From positions 32,001-96,000 of IMG/VR virus record IMGVR_UViG_3300033075_000428: 64,000 nucleotides of DNA, one strand, 5' to 3'. Below, in pieces: positions 19,375 through 28,862 of this stretch (position 1 is the stretch's first letter; each line of letters opens with the position of its first letter). This DNA is from a virus (lineage: Duplodnaviria > Caudoviricetes). The notes under the pieces were generated by a model. The model did not search any database and was not told the DNA's origin. It worked only from the letters and a program-made list of their open reading frames with translations. The position numbers and the translations under genes were made by a program.

Positions 19375-19878
19375 TCATTGTAGTGACTCCTGTTTCTTGC
19401 CTTGACGATACTCCTCAAGTGCTGTGCGAATCATCGTCTCCAAGTCTTCGATGGACTCTGCACGTTTCCTGTTTTTGTTTGCCTTTGACGCGCAGTAGTC
19501 ATCGGTACAAGTTATCGGGTAACTTGCGGAGCAACGAACGCAAGGTGACTGCTTGACAACGAGGTTGTAGAAGTAAGTTGGATTTTGTGCCAGTGCTTTG
19601 TCAATATGAATCATATCGATAAGAACATCTAATTCACACCGATATGTTGCAGAGCGTAAATCACTCACTTTGGTGCCAAGATGCTGAACGCTAAAATTAC
19701 GTTGGCTCTGTACTACTGCAGTAGCAAATAGCTGTTCTCCTCTCAGTTCAACGTAAATCGTATAGTTAGACTTGATACCCTCAACAAAGATGTCGAGTGC
19801 ATCTTCCCCAACCTTGTTGATTGTCCATGGAAGCCAGATGGTTAGCATCTTGCTTGGATTGTCCTGCATGTTATCCAT
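19375..19878 (-). CDS. hypothetical protein with C-terminal Cys cluster
   Basis: CVRC...C...C. Confidence 0.55.
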   Translation of the reverse strand: MDNMQDNPSKMLTIWLPWTINKVGEDALDIFVEGIKSNYTIYVELRGEQLFATAVVQSQRNFSVQHLGTKVSDLRSATYRCELDVLIDMIHIDKALAQNPTYFYNLVVKQSPCVRCSASYPITCTDDYCASKANKNRKRAESIEDLETMIRTALEEYRQGKKQESLQ

Positions 19879-20160
19879 TGGGATGCCTTATCATGTATGG
19901 CTCACGATAGTTTCTCTTCATCAACTCAACACCGTGGTCTTCATGCACAGCGTAGAGTTCAACTTCAGAGTTGTATTCAGCAGACTTCCACCACTCTTCA
20001 AAGGTGCGGAATGCAGATTCCACGTCATCCGTGAAGAACAATTTCTTGATTTCTTCCGAAACTGGATAGAAAGCAACTCCCTGAACATACACCCCACATG
20101 TGCCATACTTGACAGCAAAGGATTTTGCATGTAGAATCAACTCTTCAAAGCGTGTTGTTG

Positions 20161-20826
20161 TCATTTGTATCTCAGGACAAAGTAGGGCGGATTATTGATA
20201 TCGACAATCGTCCTGAGTTCATTCTCGATTGTTTCTTCATATGCAAATCCACGAAGCTCTAGATGGTAGATATTATTCTCTGCTTCGTGGTGTGTGCGCC
20301 AACGTGAGAAGATAGCGTCACCAATCTTTGACATTCTTATTCTTGCCCCACCAGTCTTAGCGCAAGCTTCAAGACTGTAGATGTCAAGTGTTCCAATCAC
20401 AAGTGTCTCGCCATCGTCAAGATTTGGTAACACAACAGGAATTCTAGAAGTGAACTTGTTTGTCTTTCTAACATAGTCGACAAACAATGTAGCCAACTCT
20501 TGGTTAGAAAAGAGGTCTACATTTAGGTCAACACATTCAAGCCAATCACCTAACGTAGCATGCCACCAGAACTTTCGGTCGGCATAGTTGAGGCGAGATA
20601 TAGAATCTAACGTACAGTCAATCAGGGTGTTTTCATGATACAGAAGATTGGCACTGCGCTTCACTTCACCAATTGTTACTGGAATTCCAATTCTGGTTCT
20701 ATTTGTCTTGTTAACAAGACCATTAGGAGAAGCTTGTAACGTCATCTCAATTTCTACACTTTGCCCACCGATTGGAGTTGCTCCAAGAGGCAATGGTAAG
20801 TTCTTGAGTTCTAGTTCTGAGTGCAT
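20161..20826 (-). CDS. hypothetical protein
   Basis: 221-aa packed ORF. Confidence 0.65.
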   Translation of the reverse strand: MHSELELKNLPLPLGATPIGGQSVEIEMTLQASPNGLVNKTNRTRIGIPVTIGEVKRSANLLYHENTLIDCTLDSISRLNYADRKFWWHATLGDWLECVDLNVDLFSNQELATLFVDYVRKTNKFTSRIPVVLPNLDDGETLVIGTLDIYSLEACAKTGGARIRMSKIGDAIFSRWRTHHEAENNIYHLELRGFAYEETIENELRTIVDINNPPYFVLRYK

Positions 20827-21114
20827 GTTGTCAGTCTTTCCAAGTGATGTAAATCATGCCAAAAATGAGATACAGGATGATGGACTTGCGACTCTGTGAG
20901 TACTCAACGGAGAGTGCATAGTCTGTTCCACCACCAAAGCGGCCAAACTCATTGATGAACGTCTCACTACCATAGCCACGAACCAGTCCCCAGCCAAACC
21001 GCTTTGGTGCGTCTGGTGAACGTTTCATCGCTTCAGTGTAGACTGTATCACAACGTTGCCATGGCCAGCGTTCAAACTCGATTCTTATCATCATTTCCTC
21101 AATGTATCGTGAGT

Positions 21115-21191
21115 TGGTACTCCCTACTGGACTCGAACCAGTGACCTACAGCTTAGAAGGCTGTTGCTCTATCCAACTGAGCTAAGGGAGC
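21115..21191 (-). tRNA. trnR: tRNA-Arg (anticodon UCU)
   Basis: GCTCCCT-TA-GCTC AGTTGGATA GAGC-A-ACAGC CT TCT AA GCTGT-AGGTC-ACTGG TTCGAGT CCAGT-AGGGAGT-ACCA; complete cloverleaf with encoded CCA. Confidence 0.97.
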
Positions 21192-21198
21192 AGAAGTG

Positions 21199-21660
21199 TT
21201 ATTTACGAAGTGCCAAGACTTCAGGACTCGTTGCCAGCCAATCTTTCTTCAACTGAACCAGTGTTTCCAATCGCTTTTCTTTTTGTTCAAGCTTGTAACA
21301 GATGTTGTCCATCCTGTTTACATCGTAATATCCATTGCAGTCTACTGCGTCCTCACACTCTAATGCTTCTTTGCAGAGTCCAGAGACTTCCCGCTTCAAG
21401 ACATTAATCTCACAAGAGATATCATCCACAGAAGAGAAGAGGAAATATTCAATGTAGTCACCTAGTGTTGAGTTCTCATTATCGAGTCTTATGGTCTCTT
21501 CCATGAATAAGTCATCGACAGAAGAAATACCAATGGTTTCGTAGCGTCCCTCAAGAACTTTCTCATTCTCCTTGATTAAGTTGAGAGCGTGTTCTCGAGA
21601 CATTCCAACACAGTTGTAGAACTTTGCGCTCATGACACGAAGTCTTTCAAAGATTATCAA
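21199..21660 (-). CDS. hypothetical protein
   Basis: Packed ORF. Confidence 0.6.
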   Translation of the reverse strand: MIIFERLRVMSAKFYNCVGMSREHALNLIKENEKVLEGRYETIGISSVDDLFMEETIRLDNENSTLGDYIEYFLFSSVDDISCEINVLKREVSGLCKEALECEDAVDCNGYYDVNRMDNICYKLEQKEKRLETLVQLKKDWLATSPEVLALRK

Positions 21661-22673
21661 ACACGGAAATACATTGCGAAGGTCATGAAGGTTATCGTCT
21701 TGGAACCGTTGAATATCGGTTTCGTTGCTGAAGACGTGCGAATCTCTCCACGAACACCAAACATCTTTGACAATGCATAATCAAGGTTCACTGAGAAGTT
21801 GTCACAAACAAACTCTTCGTTGTTCATCGACTTGAACACAACTTGGTCTATGTCGTTGATGTTCTCCCAGCGTCCCGTAACAGCAAACTCTTTCGACAAC
21901 TTGTACTGTGCCTGCATTCCAAGATAGTGCATCGGTCTCTTGTTCCGCTCGAATGCAGCGTTGGCAATAACAGCAAGTGTCGTTCGACTGTTCTTGTATT
22001 CAGCCCAGACGTCATGATATGAACGGACGGAACTTCCTGTGTCCAAGTCATTGCCTGTCAGCGTATTGTAGTTCACCTTGAACGCTGAATCAGCTTGCCA
22101 ACACAATGCAGTCCCAATCGAATTATCCTTGTTATTGTCGATGATTCTCTGCCAACCTTGAACGAGTAGAACAGCCGCTGTGACGTTTTGAAAGGCATAT
22201 TGCACCTTCAAACCATTTTCGTAGTACAGGGTAGCGTCGGCCAACATCGTTTGTGTGACAACAAGGTTGTTGATGCCAATCGTGTTACAGTATCCTGTAT
22301 GTGCTGGCATGATACCCGCTGTTATCTCCAACTCTTGGGCTTTGAACTGAAGATTCAGTTCTTGTAGGAAACGCACATTGTAATCAGCACCTGAGTAGTT
22401 GGCTTCCGTGTACTTCCCAGTTTGGAGTGCAACGTGTGCAGACAGAGACTTGTACGTAGCAACTGAAGAGACGCAAGCCAAGTCAATGTGTACTTGGTTG
22501 TTCACTGATGGTTGCATTGAGTACGGTATCGTGGTAAGTGAGTTGTCGAAGCGTGTTGAATACATGGCGTCGACATATCCATTCACTGTGACAACGATGC
22601 CTGTGTCTTGATTTTCAAACACTGCACCATGACATAGTCGTGTGGCACAGAAGAACACTACTAGTAACTTCAT
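21657..22673 (-). CDS. outer-membrane beta-barrel porin (BBP2/OmpL-like)
   Basis: Signal peptide; GYVDxxY, LQxGxY, GxxPxHxG, YYENG, GWQRI motifs; amphipathic strands; aromatic C-terminus. Confidence 0.8.
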   Translation of the reverse strand: MKLLVVFFCATRLCHGAVFENQDTGIVVTVNGYVDAMYSTRFDNSLTTIPYSMQPSVNNQVHIDLACVSSVATYKSLSAHVALQTGKYTEANYSGADYNVRFLQELNLQFKAQELEITAGIMPAHTGYCNTIGINNLVVTQTMLADATLYYENGLKVQYAFQNVTAAVLLVQGWQRIIDNNKDNSIGTALCWQADSAFKVNYNTLTGNDLDTGSSVRSYHDVWAEYKNSRTTLAVIANAAFERNKRPMHYLGMQAQYKLSKEFAVTGRWENINDIDQVVFKSMNNEEFVCDNFSVNLDYALSKMFGVRGEIRTSSATKPIFNGSKTITFMTFAMYFRV

Positions 22674-23185
22674 GTTGTCTTGCTCTCGCTATTAGTCGAG
22701 AGTATTCTCTCACGAAGCTTCTGTATTGTTGGTAGTACCTCATTGAAGTCCATGTCGTCAGACACTCCCCACTCAATCAGGTGCATCATCTTACCCGCAG
22801 TTGCGATAAACTCTCTGGTCTCTTGCAACAGAGCGAACTGTTCCTCAGTGAACTTTCGATTGGAATCCAAGTTGGTATTCACAATCTCAAACTCTTTAGC
22901 CAACCAAGCAGGAACGTCGATGACTTCTTCTTTACTCCACTGTTGAATGTCTTCAACAAGCTTTGTTGCGCTTTTTCGCTCTTGATGAAAGGCATTCAGC
23001 TTCCGAATAAACTCTATGAAGTCTTTCGTTGGATAATTGAATGTTCTCTCAATCTGAGCCAACGTGACCTTGAGTAGCGTTGGAGTTGACTCCGACATCA
23101 AACGTTGCTCTACCACGAACTGGTCAAACCGCTCGCAGAAGTCTTCAACGTTTCGATATGCATAGAAGAAGGAACCACCACTCAT
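22670..23185 (-). CDS. hypothetical protein
   Basis: MSGGSF.Y start and EWxxSxD end, a common phage pattern. Confidence 0.65.
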   Translation of the reverse strand: MSGGSFFYAYRNVEDFCERFDQFVVEQRLMSESTPTLLKVTLAQIERTFNYPTKDFIEFIRKLNAFHQERKSATKLVEDIQQWSKEEVIDVPAWLAKEFEIVNTNLDSNRKFTEEQFALLQETREFIATAGKMMHLIEWGVSDDMDFNEVLPTIQKLRERILSTNSESKTT

Positions 23186-23442
23186 GGTTTGTCTTTTCCT
23201 TGATTCGTTAACTGTAGGTTACAATTACCTGTGGTTTGGTCAAACATTGGTGCAACGTAATACACCCAACTTGGAACAGATTGTTGTGAACCACTTACTG
23301 CTGCAGACGTGATTTCAACGTGCAGTGCGTGACGTTGACACTTGTCTCGCAATGGACACAACACAGGTTGTCCGCCACGGTGAGTGTATTCGCCTGTACA
23401 ATGTGCAATGTCGTGATTCATTTTCTCTCGCTTGGTAGACAA
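23182..23442 (-). CDS. small Cys-containing hypothetical protein
   Basis: DIAHC...CPLRDKCQR...C. Confidence 0.6.
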   Translation of the reverse strand: MSTKREKMNHDIAHCTGEYTHRGGQPVLCPLRDKCQRHALHVEITSAAVSGSQQSVPSWVYYVAPMFDQTTGNCNLQLTNQGKDKP

Positions 23443-23460
23443 CCGCTTGGGTCAATAGAC

Positions 23461-23503
23461 AAAAACCTGAACGCCTTTCGTTACAACACGAAATTCGCTC
23501 AGG
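23461..23503 (-). terminator. putative intrinsic terminator
   Basis: CCTGAGCG...CGTTCAGG stem followed by TTTTT on the minus strand. Confidence 0.6.
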
Positions 23504-23534
23504 CTGAAGAAAATTTTGAAACTCAGGGAGTGAG

Positions 23535-23840
23535 CTATGCCAACTCGCCATTCAACAAGTCTAGGTGTACTTGGTTAGCAAACTTTACAGCATCTTCGTA
23601 TGTGTCGTGCTTGTTGTCTGCAAAGTAAAGTCTACTGCTAACTTTCCAGTGAGTCATATCGTTGTACTTGAATACGAAGTATTCCAACATACCGTTGAAC
23701 GTTCGTGCACAGAACAACTGTCCGTTTCGAACATGATGAAAGTGAAGTGGCTTGAGTTGTTCTTGTTTTAGCATATTTAACCAGTAGTTAGTCTCATCAG
23801 CTACTAAAACGCTACCAGATTGAGTTCTTTGTGTGCTCAT
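23535..23840 (-). CDS. hypothetical protein ('AxxxAxxH' helix family)
   Basis: TYEDAVKFANQVH. Confidence 0.55.
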   Translation of the reverse strand: MSTQRTQSGSVLVADETNYWLNMLKQEQLKPLHFHHVRNGQLFCARTFNGMLEYFVFKYNDMTHWKVSSRLYFADNKHDTYEDAVKFANQVHLDLLNGELA

Positions 23841-24401
23841 GAGCTTCGTCTTCATGCATTGTACTGGGAAACATTGAAAACTTCCTAGGAGTGTCTGTTT
23901 CCTTCGGAGGAATATCCAACAAGAGCTTTATGAACTTGTCCAAGTGACTCTGGTTTTCAAACACTATTGTCGTGCAATCCTTGTCAGGAGAGTTGACGGC
24001 TGTTCCGTTGACGTAGATTTTCACACTCATAGTACCGATAGTTCAATTGATTAGCTCTTTTGCGTGGAGAACGAAGTGTCTGCACTATCCACTTTCGTTA
24101 GGATAACTTCAGGCTTATACCCGTGACCGATTCCGTGCCATGTAGGCTTCGGGAACTGAAAATTCTTCTTGAAGAATATCGCCACCTTATGGTAGCAACG
24201 TTGTAATACTAGCATGTCGTTTCTTCTTTTTGATTCGAACACGTAACGTCCAGTTACGTAGAACGGAGACACGAAATCTCCCAATGGTGAAATCCAACAC
24301 AATTCGTTGCTGGTTGTCGAGTCGTTTCATCGGGTGAATTGACATCACAACTCCAACTGTGGATGAAGGATAGTTAAAACTGATAGCGCAGTGAATACTG
24401 A

Positions 24402-24674
24402 CTAGGTCTTCTTGTTCTCTTTCTTCTGTAGGAACTGGGAGTACGCTACCAAGACTCGTTCAGCATTGTGCTCATTCACGAATTCTTTCGCTCGCTTGAA
24501 CGTAGTAGACTCAAACACTGGGTCGGATTGTCTGCTGTTTTCATACACTCTCCAAGTTTTGTTGAATCCCCAAGGACGCACGATATAGTATACACATGAG
24601 ATACCATGACCTGTGTAATAGGTATCATAGCTATGCCACTTGAACCACTTTATTTCCTTGAGTTCAACTTCCAT
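24402..24674 (-). CDS. hypothetical protein ('AKxxxxxHN' family)
   Basis: LKEIKW...TFKRAKEFVNEHN. Confidence 0.6.
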   Translation of the reverse strand: MEVELKEIKWFKWHSYDTYYTGHGISCVYYIVRPWGFNKTWRVYENSRQSDPVFESTTFKRAKEFVNEHNAERVLVAYSQFLQKKENKKT

Positions 24675-25254
24675 TGTGTCTCTTTCCAAGTTCTCGTTCC
24701 ACAAAGCTTACCACCTTACAAGCATGAGTCCAGATGACATGGTCTATGCTAATTGCTTCAAGTAGTGCTAGACACTCAGGAATATAGACCTTCGCGAACT
24801 TTGGGTCATAGGTGTAGATACTTCGGGTGTTGTCAATGATGTCTGCGCATTTGATTATCTTGGCAGTGTAGCTTACGTTGGATAGGAAACGACGATCAAT
24901 TTCCTTGCGCACGGCTCTATTGCCATCTTCTGGTTTCGACCGTTGAGTCAACTCTACAACGAGGTCAACAATCTCTTTCGAGAAGCATCTGCGCAAGAGT
25001 TCTTCAGTAACTTCAGTAACTTCAGTGTCCTCTATAGTGTCGTGCAGATAAGCTGCACTAATCATTGTCTCTGTCAAACTAGGGACAAAGTTGCGAAGCT
25101 CAGTGACCACACCAGCAAGATGCACGAAGTAAGGTTCACCTGTGTACTTACGCTGTTGGTTCTTATGGGCTGTAGCCGCGAACATCTTAGCGTATTCACT
25201 CTCGGTGAATAACATAGTATTCTTGTTTAGCTCTTTGAGTTCTTCAAGTATCAT
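24664..25254 (-). CDS. HD-domain hydrolase, SpoT/Mesh1-like (small alarmone hydrolase-like)
   Basis: AHxxQxRKYTGEPYxxH, LHDTIEDT, IKxADxxDN. Confidence 0.85.
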   Translation of the reverse strand: MILEELKELNKNTMLFTESEYAKMFAATAHKNQQRKYTGEPYFVHLAGVVTELRNFVPSLTETMISAAYLHDTIEDTEVTEVTEELLRRCFSKEIVDLVVELTQRSKPEDGNRAVRKEIDRRFLSNVSYTAKIIKCADIIDNTRSIYTYDPKFAKVYIPECLALLEAISIDHVIWTHACKVVSFVERELGKRHNGS

Positions 25255-25646
25255 TCTGGTGTGTTCTCTTTTTGAAACTCAGACAAGATAGAGTAGTCAA
25301 GCTGGCGATCAATTGCGAGTTCTCGTAGACGCTTTGGCCACTCTTCAGGATTATGACCGTCATGTACACTTTGAAGTCCAATCAATAGACGAGTTGCCCC
25401 TGGTACATCTTTAAACACTCGCAGAGATGGTGGGCACAGGGTGCTTTGGAGCAACTCTCGAATACCACTAGTCTCCATTTCAATGTTAGGATTATACTCT
25501 TCTTCAGGAATCAGGACTCCGATGGCACACTTCAATCCACCTTCTCCTGAGAAGTATAAACATCTTTCATCCCAAGAGAGTGACCGTTCATTCTGTGTCA
25601 ACAAGTGTCGGGCAACTGTGTCAAAGATTTCTTGTTTGGTCATCAT
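25251..25646 (-). CDS. conserved phage protein, tandem paralogue 1 of 4
   Basis: QEIFD.V..HLLTQNE.S...CLY...KCAIG.LIP...LQ..HD. Confidence 0.8.
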   Translation of the reverse strand: MMTKQEIFDTVARHLLTQNERSLSWDERCLYFSGEGGLKCAIGVLIPEEEYNPNIEMETSGIRELLQSTLCPPSLRVFKDVPGATRLLIGLQSVHDGHNPEEWPKRLRELAIDRQLDYSILSEFQKENTPE

Positions 25647-26053
25647 GATACACTCTTCTCTTGGAATTGTCTCAAGACACTGTTGTCAAGATTGAAATTT
25701 AACGCAGTAACTAGAAGACCGTTTATCCAATCCTCTATAATCATCTCGTCATGAATGCCCTGAAGTTCCTCGAGAAGCATCATTGTCTGAGTGTTATCAC
25801 AGTAGACTGAAAGTGACTTTGGGCATGATGGGTGATAGTTGATAAGGTATCTAACATCCCCACTGTTTTCAATAGCAGGCTTGTACTCCTTATCAGGAAT
25901 CAACACACCGATAGCACACTTCTTACCATCGGGAGAATGATATAAGCACTTCCAAGGGTTTAAGCAATTTCCTTGAACTGGAATAATGCTCTTCTCATTC
26001 TGAGTCAGTAGGTGCTTAGCAACGATATCAAAGATTTCTTGTGGAGTCAACAT
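25643..26053 (-). CDS. conserved phage protein, tandem paralogue 2 of 4
   Basis: Same motifs. Confidence 0.8.
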   Translation of the reverse strand: MLTPQEIFDIVAKHLLTQNEKSIIPVQGNCLNPWKCLYHSPDGKKCAIGVLIPDKEYKPAIENSGDVRYLINYHPSCPKSLSVYCDNTQTMMLLEELQGIHDEMIIEDWINGLLVTALNFNLDNSVLRQFQEKSVS

Positions 26054-26445
26054 GATATACTCCCCTCTTGGAATTGTCTCAAGACTGTATCTTCTAGCCC
26101 CCAGTGAAGCGCAAGCTCACGAAGACGACTAGGCCATGTTTTGGGTTCGAGATTGTCGTGTACTCTTTGGAGTGTCAACAATAGATCCATAAATGACTCA
26201 TTCGTTCGGTAAGCCAATAATGACTTGGGACATAAGTCAGAATGATTATAAACAAGGGAGTGAACATCACCTGTAGATTCCATGGAGACATTGTACTCGT
26301 CATCAGGAATCAGCGCTCCAACAGCGCACTTCTTACCATCAGGAGTACGGTATAGACATGTCCCTCTAAATGTATCAACGCTCTTTTCATTCTGAGTCAG
26401 TAGGTGCTGGACAACGGTATCGAAGATTTCCTGCATAGTCAACAT
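26047..26445 (-). CDS. conserved phage protein, tandem paralogue 3 of 4
   Basis: Same motifs. Confidence 0.8.
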   Translation of the reverse strand: MLTMQEIFDTVVQHLLTQNEKSVDTFRGTCLYRTPDGKKCAVGALIPDDEYNVSMESTGDVHSLVYNHSDLCPKSLLAYRTNESFMDLLLTLQRVHDNLEPKTWPSRLRELALHWGLEDTVLRQFQEGSISC

Positions 26446-26455
26446 GGTGAGTTCC

Positions 26456-26905
26456 TTACAGCTTTGCCGTTGACGTTGGTTCTGTGTAGGTGAAGTTCTT
26501 GATTGCGTGTCCGTTCCAGCTTCTAATGGAATGGACTAATGAACTGTTGAGTTCATGGTCAATAGCAAGGTTCATGAGCTTTGAACGAAGCATCTTGACT
26601 GAACGAGACTCATCATGAATCTGTTGAAGACTCTGCAAGTACTCAGCCATCTCACCCTTGCTCATCCACTTTGGTAATGGTGACGAAGGCATGTCCAGAA
26701 GCTCCTTGATGCTATGGCCTTCCATGTCATTTGAGTAGTTCTTTTCAGTGATAAGGATGCCAATGGCACACTGATGTGTAACATACCCGTCACGAGAGAA
26801 AATCTTGTACCGAGGTCCGCTGTTCACTGCATTGCGCACCTTTGACTGTACACCTTGCTCCGCAAAGTGAGTGCAAACTCGGTTGAACACTTCCTGCTTC
26901 GTCAT
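26456..26905 (-). CDS. conserved phage protein, tandem paralogue 4 of 4 (most divergent)
   Basis: Start moved to MTKQEVF (ATGA overlap); CAIGILI and LQxIHD retained. Confidence 0.75.
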   Translation of the reverse strand: MTKQEVFNRVCTHFAEQGVQSKVRNAVNSGPRYKIFSRDGYVTHQCAIGILITEKNYSNDMEGHSIKELLDMPSSPLPKWMSKGEMAEYLQSLQQIHDESRSVKMLRSKLMNLAIDHELNSSLVHSIRSWNGHAIKNFTYTEPTSTAKL

Positions 26906-27423
26906 GACTTCTCCTGTGATAGTGGCTTTGAGGTCTTCCTCAATTGTGTGCTTATTATTGTGTCCCAGTCCAACCTGTGAAGATGCGAGTGCATGATGAG
27001 ACACATCTGACTGCTGACATCTATGTCCAATTTAATGGACTGGAATATGTATCTGAACACTTCACCCCAGTTAGAATGAAACATCTCCTCTGAGTTTGGG
27101 CTCTCGAGAATCTTCTCAACCAATGAAATCTCTCGTTGACAATTCTCAGAAAGTGAGTCCCAAATGGATTTACCAGTGCTCGTTTTGACGTTACGAACAA
27201 GACAAACAGCGAGTGTTGCATACTGTTTTGGTGTCATCGCTCTAACACATAGCCAATGTAACCAGTCAGGACGGTGACAGTTCATTAGCACCTTTTCCAT
27301 GTTCAAGAACTGGAAAGCCCAATCCCTTGCCTTTTGACAAGCTCCAAGTTGCTTGAGATACTCATCCTTGAGAGGAAGTGTTTCAGCGCGTTGACAGTAG
27401 AGGTAGTGATTCATTAACATCAT
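26902..27423 (-). CDS. hypothetical protein
   Basis: LGAC..A..W...C.R.DWL.W pattern. Confidence 0.65.
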   Translation of the reverse strand: MMLMNHYLYCQRAETLPLKDEYLKQLGACQKARDWAFQFLNMEKVLMNCHRPDWLHWLCVRAMTPKQYATLAVCLVRNVKTSTGKSIWDSLSENCQREISLVEKILESPNSEEMFHSNWGEVFRYIFQSIKLDIDVSSQMCLIMHSHLHRLDWDTIISTQLRKTSKPLSQEKS

Positions 27424-27677
27424 TTGTCCCTTGGTTGACGTACACCCGAGGTGAACGCACGCTTGGTTGCGTTTTTCATCATTATCAATTCAAGAAGCGT
27501 GATGTTCCAAGTTCCTTCAGCATACGCCTCAATCGCCCCAATGAGGTCAGAAAGTTCCACAAGTTGCAACACAGGGCTTTGCTGTTCAACTGCATCCATG
27601 AATTCATGGTACTCCTCAGTAATCTTTGAATGACTACCAAAGGTACCACGGGGAATTTCTCTCAGGTGATAGGACAT
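27420..27677 (-). CDS. MazG-like nucleotide pyrophosphohydrolase
   Basis: KIxEExxE...ELSDL helical acidic motif. Confidence 0.65.
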   Translation of the reverse strand: MSYHLREIPRGTFGSHSKITEEYHEFMDAVEQQSPVLQLVELSDLIGAIEAYAEGTWNITLLELIMMKNATKRAFTSGVRQPRDK

Positions 27678-27690
27678 GATGTTCGAGAAG

Positions 27691-28335
27691 TTACTTGAAG
27701 ACTTTACTGAGGAAGAACTTTCTGACCAACTGCTCGTCGAGACACTCCATTGTCTTGCGCCAGTTCACGATGTTCGTCAATCTTGGTTCAGCACACGCTG
27801 TACCGTATACCCACATGAACCCTTGAAACGAACGTATCCCATACGAACCTAGTTCAACAAGTTCAAATTCCTTCGACGGTGGAACGTTCACCACAGCACA
27901 GATGTCGTAGCCATTTCCTTCGTCGTTTTCAACAATGTCACAGTCAACGTACCGACGAAAGAATTCCAATGCTGATTTCATCACCAGTTCCAACTCAGCC
28001 ATTGCAGTAAGCTCATTCACTGCAGAAGAAATCAGTTCATTCTTGAGGAAGTACTTCGTGTGCAGGAAGTCGAATGATTCTTTCCGAAAGCAGGGTGTCA
28101 CCGTCTGGAACCGTCCTTGGGGCAAGAACCCTTTGGACTGCAAGTAAAGGAACGACTGTTCACCCGACGCAACTAGGACTTTCCCGTCAGGGTGAACGAG
28201 TTGAAAGTCTTCTCGGTCAGAGGGTTTCGTGATGGCAGAGATTGCCTTCGTAACAGTCCAAGGGCTTTCGATTCTTGTGTACCCAATGTTCGTAAAGAAC
28301 TCAATAGAGTCCTGAATCTTTTGATAGTCAATCAT
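27691..28335 (-). CDS. stand-alone class II aminoacyl-tRNA synthetase-like catalytic domain
   Basis: Motif 2-like TPCFRxE...YFLKxE; ELGSYG; motif 3-like GTACAEPR; no anticodon-binding domain (214 aa). Confidence 0.7.
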   Translation of the reverse strand: MIDYQKIQDSIEFFTNIGYTRIESPWTVTKAISAITKPSDREDFQLVHPDGKVLVASGEQSFLYLQSKGFLPQGRFQTVTPCFRKESFDFLHTKYFLKNELISSAVNELTAMAELELVMKSALEFFRRYVDCDIVENDEGNGYDICAVVNVPPSKEFELVELGSYGIRSFQGFMWVYGTACAEPRLTNIVNWRKTMECLDEQLVRKFFLSKVFK

Positions 28336-28862
28336 AGTGACTTGTTTCGTATGTTCTTATTGAAGTGTTTCAGGCACGCGTCCTTACACTCAGTGATTGA
28401 ACCAAGCACGAGAATTTGTGATCTTTCATGTGCGTCACTGTCATCGATGAATCGTGCTCGGTACATTGGCAGAGTCACATCAATGAGCTCAATCACATAT
28501 TCCAAGTCAACTGTTATCACAGCGCGATAAACAACTACTGCTGTAACTGTCTTCCAAACAATGTCACGTGCTGGTTCAGACAATGGATTCTCTTTGGTTT
28601 GTGGTTTCCTAACAACAACGATTGACCAACTAGGTCTCAGTGTAGAAGACTTCGCGACGAAAGATTCGTACTGAACTACATTCTTCGAAAGATGTTTACA
28701 GGTAAACACTCTGCTATCGTGGGTGGTTTGTAGGTAGGAGAACAAGCCCACTTCATCATGGTCTTCTGGAATCGTGACACGTACTGGCCTTCCGTTAGCA
28801 ATACTGTCTTGAACAGCATTATTAACTTTGTCAAGAGTATTCTGAGCTATCTTAGTTACCAT
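28332..28862 (-). CDS. hypothetical protein
   Basis: Packed ORF. Confidence 0.6.
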   Translation of the reverse strand: MVTKIAQNTLDKVNNAVQDSIANGRPVRVTIPEDHDEVGLFSYLQTTHDSRVFTCKHLSKNVVQYESFVAKSSTLRPSWSIVVVRKPQTKENPLSEPARDIVWKTVTAVVVYRAVITVDLEYVIELIDVTLPMYRARFIDDSDAHERSQILVLGSITECKDACLKHFNKNIRNKSL

